Source: the human T2T-CHM13v2.0 reference genome, Homo sapiens
DNA length: 64,000 nucleotides
Reading direction: 5' to 3' (one strand)
Assembly (NCBI RefSeq): GCF_009914755.1
Contig: NC_060947.1
Position numbers and translations under genes: made by a program. Below, piece after piece: positions 55,926 through 64,000 of this stretch. The notes below the pieces were generated by a model that was not told the origin of the DNA, did no database searches, and was given only the letters and a program-made list of their open reading frames with translations. Positions within the stretch are counted from its first letter, which is position 1; each line of letters starts with the position of its first letter.

Positions 55926-57077
55926 TGTTAAATGAAACCTTATATGAAATTTGTAGTCAGTGGCCTCTGAGCCCCCTCTGTAAGGAACACTTTTGAAAAT
56001 CATTTATTGCCTAATATCTTTTCTAGTTTCATTTTAACGATTTTGATGAAAATTTTTTGAGCTTTTCAAAAAAGTTCAAAAAGGGTTTTTTTGGTTTTTG
56101 TTTTTGTTTTGTTTTTTTAATATGTTCAACTCTATTTTTGGAAGAATCGGTGTCATCATTGTGAACATGAGATATTGTCATGGACCACAGGAATGTACTG
56201 TTTTGGCTTTCTCCCCTTAAGCCCAGGATGTCAACTGTCACTACTGTTGTCAGTATACCTGACTCATATACCATTAAGGTTGCCCGTAGTGTGCTGTTTC
56301 TGTAGATACCCAAGCTAAATCACAAAATTATTATGAGTTTCGAAGAAGGGATGAAAGTAGTCTCTTGAAAAGTGTTTGTGCTTACTTTAAAAACTTATAT
56401 TTTCATGACACTGTCATTATACATTAACCATGTGACCTTGAACAAAGCACTTCCTCTCCTCAGCTTCAGTCTGTTTAAGTGTGGATTAGATCATCTGTGC
56501 CTAGCACAGTGTCTGGTACACTGCAGCTTCCCAATGAATTGAATCTTAGATCCTTCTAGCTTTATGAGAGCATGATTTTATCTGACAAAATGTTTACGTG
56601 TTTGGTTGCAATATGTCTAAAACTGGCCATACAGTTTGCTAAATTTTTAAGTTAAGTTTCTATCCATGAGAGTAACTAACAGCTAATGATCACATACATT
56701 ATGCAATGCATTTTAAATATGTCCTCTTATTTAATCTAACAATTATATGAGAAAAGTGACATTATTCACATTACAGGGCAAGAGGAGTAAGGCTCAGGAA
56801 CCAGAGCTTATTTTATCAGGGTTAAATACCATGGGGGCAGTAGGGATGAATTGCTTTCTTTAACTTGCAAATAGTTCATGGAAATCAAAATAATATATGT
56901 GAAAGTGACTTTGAAAATGAAAATGAAATATAAACAGAGGGTAACATTATCATCATTACTCTTATAATATGTTGGCATTTAAACTTAAGAAGGAAAAGTT
57001 GCTGAGCAAAGGCCTAAGGGCCATTACTATAAAATAAAGAGCATAGGGCCGTCTACATCTGCCAGAGCTTCACAGAC

Positions 57078-57298
57078 TCCTTTTCTCTCTCCCTTCCTTT
57101 CTTTTTTCCTTTCCTTTGCTTCCTTCCTTCCTTCCTTCCTTCCTTCCTTCCTTCCTTCCGTCCTTCCTTCCTTCCTTCCTTCCTTCCTTCCTTCCTTCCT
57201 TCTTTCTTTCTTTCCTTCTTTCTTTCTGTTTCTTTCTTTCTTTCTTTCTGTTTCTTTCTTTCTTTCTAACTTTCTAACTTTATTTTTCTTTCTTTCTA
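57078..57298. repeat. Polypyrimidine (CCTT)n/(CTTT)n tract
   Basis: Visible directly. Confidence 0.95.
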
Positions 57299-57491
57299 TA
57301 TATTGATTGATTGATCTAGAGAAACTGAAACTCATAAGAGCCACTTCTGAGTTTATGGAAAACTGTGGACAAATTTTATGCAATGCATTCCCTGCATCAT
57401 AATGATTCCAGTCATTCACACCTAATCCAGGAGACACCCCAACGATACCAAGAAAATGAAAAATCATGCTCTTATCCTTTGTCTACGACCT

Positions 57492-57922
57492 TGTATTAGT
57501 TCATTTTATGTTGCTTATTAAAGAATACTTGAAGCTGAGTAATTTATAAGGAAAGGAATTTATTTATTACAGTTATGTAGGCTGAGATGTCTCAAGTCAA
57601 GGGGCCGTATATGGGAAGATCATTCTTGCTGGGGGGTACTCTGTGAAGAGACCTGAGGTGGTTTCTTCACGTAGTAATAGGGCTAAGTGTGCCACGTGCT
57701 AGCGCAGGCCTCTCTCCTTCCTATGAAGCTATCAGTTCTCCTCTCATGAAAACTCATTAACTCATTAATTCATGAATCCATTATTCTAGGAATAGATTGA
57801 TTTATTCATTAGGGCACAGCCCTCACAATACAATTACCTGTTAAAGGCCTCACTTGTCAACATTACTGCGTTGGGGACCAAGTTTCAGTGTGAGTTTTAG
57901 AGGGGACATTCAAACCATAACA
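57492..57922 (-). mobile_element. MSTB2/MSTC-like MaLR solo LTR
   Basis: tgtattagttcattttatgttgctta...aatttataag...aggggacattcaaaccataaca. Confidence 0.85.
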
Positions 57923-58317
57923 AGCAAAAAATAAAAATTAAAATGAAAAAAAAAGCTTCTCACAGATACTGTGAAATTATAATCAAATAATCAACAAACC
58001 AAATTTATTGAACTGAGTGCATTTTAAGTGTGCAATAGCATCACGTCTGGCAAATGTTACTTTCACAAAACTACTCCATATTGCAATTATCTGCATATAG
58101 GTCCCAACTCAGCCACTTTTGTCCATCCTGACGCATCCCCCTAAAGTTCGAATCTTGGGGACTGAAAGCTGGACTAGAAATCTTTGCTCCACCAGCCAGC
58201 CTGGGTTTTTTATTCAGATCAGTGCATTTCCCCACTAGTGACCTGTTTGGCATGGCAATACTAGAGATAGCTTTCCCTTAATAATTTATAAAAGCCATAT
58301 TATACCATTTTTCTAGA

Positions 58318-58607
58318 TCATCACTGTGTAATACAGTAGCCACGAGCACTTGAAATGTGGCTAGTCCAAATTTCCATGTTCTATAAATATAAAACACACA
58401 TTGGATTTCAAAGGCCAAGTAAGAATAAATGCAAAATGTGTCACTAATATGACTTTTCATATTGATTACATTTTGAAATGAAAATGTGTTCAATAAAATC
58501 TATTGTTAAAATGAATTTTATTCATTTCTTTTTAATATTTAATGTGGCTACTAAAGATTTTAAATTTGCATATGTGGTTCACATTACCTTTCTTTTGGAC
58601 AGGGCTG
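58318..58607. mobile_element. MER33-like hAT MITE
   Basis: aatacagtagccac...ttgaaatgtggctagtccaaa...atgtggctact...ttggacagggctg. Confidence 0.8.
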
Positions 58608-59932
58608 CTCCCAAATAGTGGGTACCTACTTGCCTTACTTCTGCTTATTACTTTTGAAAGACAAATATAAATTTATCTTTATAAGAATGAAAACCCAAAG
58701 TCAAACAACAACCAAATAAACAAATACCCACATTTTCTTGGTGTACATAAAACAACTTTGCAATGAAATAAGCAACTAAATAGGCTTGTGGTTTTGAAAA
58801 ATAAGATCTTCAAAATGATATTTTGCATCATTAAGAGTGTTTATTCATCATGAACCTGTCATCAGTTTGACCTTCCTCTTAACTGTGTTCGTTCTTCTAT
58901 TTAAATTTATCCAAAAGAAAGTGAAAAAAATATCATTCGGCCTAACTGGTATGATCCATGGAAAATTCTGTTTTAAATTGGCTTTTAAGATTCTGGAATC
59001 ATTTTTACTTTACTGTATAAAATGAGCACAGAGCTTTATTAATATAGAATGGTTGATCCTCAGAGATCATCTGGTGTCAACCCATTCATTTTTTCATGAT
59101 GAGATGAAGACCTAGACAAGGTAAGCAATTGGCTCAACATCACCTACTCAATAAATGATAAGGCACAATCTGAATTCAGTTCTATCACCTGTTCTGAATT
59201 TTTTCTTATTAATACAGCACACTTAAAGACTATTTCCAAGTCTTTTTTTAACCATAGAAATTAAGCTCCACTGTTTTAAGATGAACATCAAACAGTTGAA
59301 AATGAACCACTAGTTAAGTTCCTCTTATAAAACTCATATTGAAAAAAGATACCCTTACTATAGAATATATGGGGAAAACATAATATATGAGAAATTTTCA
59401 CACAATTAGTCATAGGCTTGGAAGTAGCATTGATAGCACTCTTTCCTGCTTATTCATACTTTGCAGTTCTAATGGGGACAGTGTAAATGTAGTACGTCTG
59501 TTTTGCTTGCCTTTTAAAATTTAAATGCCGCTTTCTCCCTAAACTGCTGAGATTGTCAAGGTGTATGGCCCTTTGCTTGCTTCACGGTCAAATAAACTTA
59601 AGCTTTCACGCACATAAAAGCATGCATTGCTTCAGCTTCCAAATCATTTCAGCAGATTTGGGTTGCTTTAAATCATTAGTTTTAATATTTAATGCAATGC
59701 ATCATGATATCTTTGGTTAGTGAATTCATGAAGTCCCTATAGCCAGACATCTTAAAAACATTCAGTTACTATTTTTCAATAATTTATTACTTTTTCTTCC
59801 AAATAAATCAATCATTGATATTTTTATTATAAAATATTTCAAGCATAAAGACAAATACAAATAACATAGCACACAAGTATTCATCACTTAAAAATAAAAA
59901 TGTTAATATTTAGCCATATTTACCTCTGGTTT

Positions 59933-60799
59933 AGAAATTGTGGTAAAATTAATATAACAAAATTTCTCATTTTATCCATTTTCATGTCTACAATTCAGCT
60001 GGAATAATTACATAGACAATGTGGTACAACCACCATCACTATCACTTTCCAAAACTTTCTCATTACCCCAAACGGACACTATACCCACTAAACAACAATT
60101 CTCCATTTACTCTTTTCCCAGCTCCAGATAACCTCTAATCTACTTTCTGTATTTGTGAGCTTACCTATTCTAGGTACCTCATGTAAATGGAGTCATGTAA
60201 TATCTGTCCTTTTGTGTCTGGCTTAGTTCATTTAGCATATCTTCAAGATTACTTCATGTTGTAGCATATATTAGAATTTAATGCCTTTTATGGCTGAATA
60301 ATATTCCATTATATGTATATGCCACTTTTGATTATACATTCATTTGTTGATGAACATCTGGGTTATATCCACATTTTGGCTGTTATAAATAATGCTGCAA
60401 TGAACATTGACATACATATATATCGGTTTGAGTTCCTGTTTTCAATTAGGAGTAAAATTTGGGGTCATATGGTAATTCTATGTTTAACTTTTTGAAAAAC
60501 CACCAAACTAATTTCCACAGCAGCCACACTATTCTCCATTCCCACTGTCAAGTTATAGGATTCCAATTTGTCTGCACTTTGCCAACATTAGCTTTAGTTT
60601 TTTTGTTATAGCCATCTTAGTAGATATGGACAGTTATATTATCATGGTTTTGACTTGCATATCTCTGATGATTATCAATGTTGAGCATATTTCCATATGC
60701 TTATTAGACGTGTGCATATCATCCTTGGAGAAATGTTTATTCAAGTCCTTTGCCCATTTTTAACTGAGTGGTTTGTCTTTGTACTGTTGAGTTGCCAGA
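59933..60799 (-). mobile_element. L1MB3/4-like 3' end
   Basis: aattgtggtaaaat...caaccaccatcactatc...gttgagcatattt. TSD-like atttacctctggttt (59918-59932) / atttgcctcaggttt (60800-60814). Confidence 0.85.
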
Positions 60800-61116
60800 A
60801 TTTGCCTCAGGTTTTTTGAAAAATGAAATGTTGAAAGTCTAGTTAAAATCCTCTTTTTATGCCTAATTCCATATTCTCATTGCCTAAACACTTCCAGAAG
60901 TGACCACTATTTTAAAATGAGTGTATACTACTGCTGTCCATAAATTTATATTTGATTAAATATTTTCATGTTCATGACTAATATATTATTTTGTTTTAGA
61001 AATTATATAAAGACAGCATGAATCCCTCTGTACTTTTGTTTTATGACTTAATTTTATGTTTTGAGATCTGTGTTGACACATGTAGATCTACTTCCCTTAT
61101 TTTAACTGGCATATGC

Positions 61117-61260
61117 TTATTAACGATTTATAAAGCCATTTAATACTAGAGGATACTTAGGTAATTTTAATTATTATTATTTTGTTATTATTAATGATTT
61201 ATCAAGCCATTTTATACTAGGGGATATTTAGGTAATTTTAATAATTATTATTTTATTATT
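61117..61260. repeat. ~71-bp tandem duplication (2 copies)
   Basis: ttattaacgatttataaagccatttaatactagaggatacttaggtaattttaa repeated as ttattaatgatttatcaagccattttatactagggatatttaggtaattttaa. Confidence 0.9.
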
Positions 61261-61339
61261 ACTAACAATGTTGATTATGTTTATGTGTATGAAAATTACC
61301 AACAATGTAGAATCACACTTTTGTGTATAAGACATATGA

Positions 61340-61552
61340 TAGTGCTAGCCAAACTGTTGTGTTTCAATCCCAGATCTTTGGTTTATTAGCTACGTATACC
61401 TGGACAAATTGTTTATTCTCTTTCTTCCTAGGTTTGCTATCTGTAACATGAAGTTATGACAGTGACTATCTTATGCAATTGTTGTGAAAGTAAGATAATT
61501 CATGTAAAGCACTCAGAAGAGTTATTGGCACAGAATCAGCCCTCAATAAATT
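61340..61552 (+). mobile_element. MIR
   Basis: tttcaatcccaga...ttgttgtgaaag...catgtaaagcactcagaa...cctcaataaat. Confidence 0.7.
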
Positions 61553-62519
61553 TGTACATGTAGAGATATTCTCTATACCTAGAAGTAGAATTGAGTCATA
61601 TGGTATGTGAATTTTCCACTTTACAAGACACTGTCATATTGCCCTTCAAAGTGGTAGCATGCCAGTTTATCTTCATATCAGAAGTGTGTGAGAGATCCAA
61701 TTTCTCTACATCTGCTCAACTTAAAGTATAAGACCTTCTAGTTCTACCCATGTAATATAATTTGCACTGCTTTAATTTTCCAGGCTAATCATCTCTTCAT
61801 AAATATATCACCAAATACAAAGCCCCATCCATGTTCCTGTCTCTAGTGCCTAATTATATCTTTCTTCATCATTTTCCTTTGTGTTGTTTGTTTTTCTTAT
61901 TCATTAGAAGTTCTTTATATAATGTGGTTAGTAATCTTTATGGGTAATATGTTTCCACGTGTTTTTTTTTCCAAGTTAGTGGTTTAAGTTTTTATTTGTT
62001 CATATAGTGTTTTTAACTCATTGTACAAAGAGTTTTTATTTTCATGTAGTAGTCAACTTAACCAATATTTTCCTTGACTTTTTGTGTTTATTCTACTTAA
62101 AAATATCCTTCTATACCCTAAGGTTATAGACATAGTCTCTTACATTTTTATCTAATAGCTTTGAAATTTTTTTTTTACATTTTTATCTTTAATACGTCTG
62201 ATATTTATCTTTCACTATGCTGTGAAATAGGAATATAATTTTTCCATAAGGGAAATCAATTGTCCCAGAATCATTTATTGATTACCTTGTTTCCCCAGGG
62301 ATTTTTAATGCCATCTGTGTCATATGCCAAGTTCCCTAGTGTGCTTCCATTAGTTGTTCAGCTCTCTATTACTTTGGTCTGTCTATTCCTGCATCAGAAA
62401 TACAATGTCTTAATTACTACCACTTTTTAATAAATTCTGATCTGTAGTTGGACTCCCTAGTCTTCTCAAAAATTGTATTGGATTTCATTATATTTTTTGT
62501 TTCATATTTTGATACGTGT

Positions 62520-62660
62520 TTAAAAAACATATTGCGCTTACTATGTAACAAGTTCTGTTCTATGTGATTTAAAAGCAGTAGCTCATTCGTTCCTCACAAC
62601 TACCCTATTAGGTATTACTATTATCATCTGTACCTTATAGATGAAGAGACTGAAGCATCT
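62520..62660 (-). mobile_element. MIR fragment
   Basis: tcctcacaactaccctattaggtattactattatc...tatagatgaagagactgaagca. Confidence 0.65.
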
Positions 62661-63508
62661 GTCTCTGAATGAAAATTAAGATAATGATATCAATTCTACC
62701 TTTATTAATATATGAATCCAATGCAATTTTATTATATTTCTAATTGGATATTTCAGGCATAACAAAAAATTTACATGAGAGACAGCACAGCATAGTGATG
62801 AAGATCACAAACTCTAGAGCCAGTCTGACTGACTTCTGTGTAGATAACTGTATCATCTGTGAATGAGAATAAATACATATGGTAAATCAAGTGACACATT
62901 TTGAAGGCTGAATCAGGTGAAAGGCCTTAAATGGGAAGCTTCATCACAGTATCTTCAGGGTATTAGTGAGAGGTATTCAAGTCCTATTTTGTCAGACAGG
63001 ATAGTACTTGAAGGCATTTTGCTTTATGTGAGAGGTGTAGTTTCTTTTCCTCCAGTAGGTTCTGGGTCATATATCTTATCCACATTTGTGTTACAGCCCT
63101 GTCTCCTTAGAGAAGCATATATGGAGCTTTGAAACCATTATGGACCACTGCACTATCAGCTCATGTTTAATGTGAAAGTTTTAATTCTCTTCTAATTTAT
63201 AGTGTCTGGAGATATTTTTCTTTTTTGAACTTGCCTATATAATAAAATTTTTATTTTGATATAGTCTCATATTTCTTTGTGTTTCTAGTTAGAGTTTGAC
63301 ATGTTGCTGTATATTGATTTACTATTTAATCAGACAAAAACCTATAGATGTCTTATATAAAAGACTGCTTGGATATAAGGAGAATAAAGAATTTTTTGTA
63401 TTATTTCTGTATTTCATGGATATTGAACTGGTAGCCAGTGGGATGCAAACAAGGCACACATGCTTTTCTTATTTAGTACAGTGTTTCTTGTAAAAATTGA
63501 ATTGAACC

Positions 63509-63888
63509 TGATATAGTCAGGCTTTGTGTCCCCACCCAAATCTCATCTTGAATTACAATCCCCATAATCCCCACATGTCAAGGGAGAGACCAGGTGGAGG
63601 TAACTGGATCATGGGGGCAGTTTCCCCCATGCTGTTCTCCTGATAGTGAGTGATTTCTCATGAGGTCTGATGGCTTTTTAAGTGTTTGGTAGTCCCTCCT
63701 GCATTCATTCTCCCTCCTGCTGCCTTGTGAAAAAGGTGCTTTGCTTCCCCTTCACCTTTTATCATGATTATAAGTTTCCTGAAGCCTCCCCAGCCATTCT
63801 AAACTGTGAGTCAATTAAATCCCTTTTTCTTTATAAATTACCCAGTCTCGGGCAGATCTTTATAGCAGTGTGAAAACCAACTAATACA
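63509..63888 (+). mobile_element. THE1D-like 5' LTR
   Basis: tgatatagtcaggctttgtgtccccacccaaatctcatcttgaatt ... tttatagcagtgtgaaaaccaactaataca. Confidence 0.92.
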
Positions 63889-64000
63889 GTAAATTGGTAC
63901 CAAAAATGTGGTGCTGTTGTAAAGATACCCAAAAATGTGGAAACGACTTTGTAACTGGGTAACAGGCAGAGATTGAAACAGTTTGGAGTGCTCAGAAGAA
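63889..64000 (+). mobile_element. THE1 internal sequence (continues off the right edge)
   Basis: gtaaattggtacca...aaagatacccaaaaatgtggaa directly follows the LTR. Confidence 0.9.

Larger units (their letters stand above)
59815..62480 (-). mobile_element. Ancient L1ME remnant (antisense) hosting an L1MB and a MIR
   Basis: Decayed antisense ORF2/3' UTR (ccctaaggttatagacatagtct...caattgtcccagaatcatttattga). Confidence 0.55.

Noticed and set aside
57027-57467. 146-aa ORF with RKEG repeats
   Set aside because: It is the translation of the (CCTT)n microsatellite.

Overview
This window is primate, most likely human, non-coding DNA (intergenic or deep intronic). It is AT-rich, CpG-poor and mostly transposable-element debris. 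I find no credible host protein-coding exon; the longer ORFs in the track are L1 ORF2, MaLR-internal, Hsmar1, Alu or microsatellite read-throughs. Main blocks: (i) 8.8-14.8 kb, a rearranged minus-strand L1M carrying a stitched L1 patchwork, an LTR-less MaLR internal segment and a ~580 bp polyadenylated, TSD-flanked retrocopy of an unidentified RNA; (ii) 18.3-31.7 kb, a full-length L1PA15/16 with nested L1PA3/4, Alu and L1MA insertions; (iii) 33.1-38.6 kb, a decayed ERVL (LTR16/ERV3-16A3-like) provirus hosting a tailless 7SK retropseudogene and an MLT1 LTR; (iv) 38.6-40.7 kb, a Tc1/mariner cluster (truncated Hsmar1, Tigger4, MER2); (v) 52.6-55 kb, an MLT1 > hAT-Tip100 > MER1A/L1PA nest; (vi) a THE1D LTR plus internal sequence at the right edge. 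I see no evidence of a new multi-gene system. The most interesting signals are unusual retrotransposition and repair scars. Subfamily names come from recalled consensus sequences, not a RepeatMasker run. Boundaries are approximate unless a TSD/TIR is quoted.
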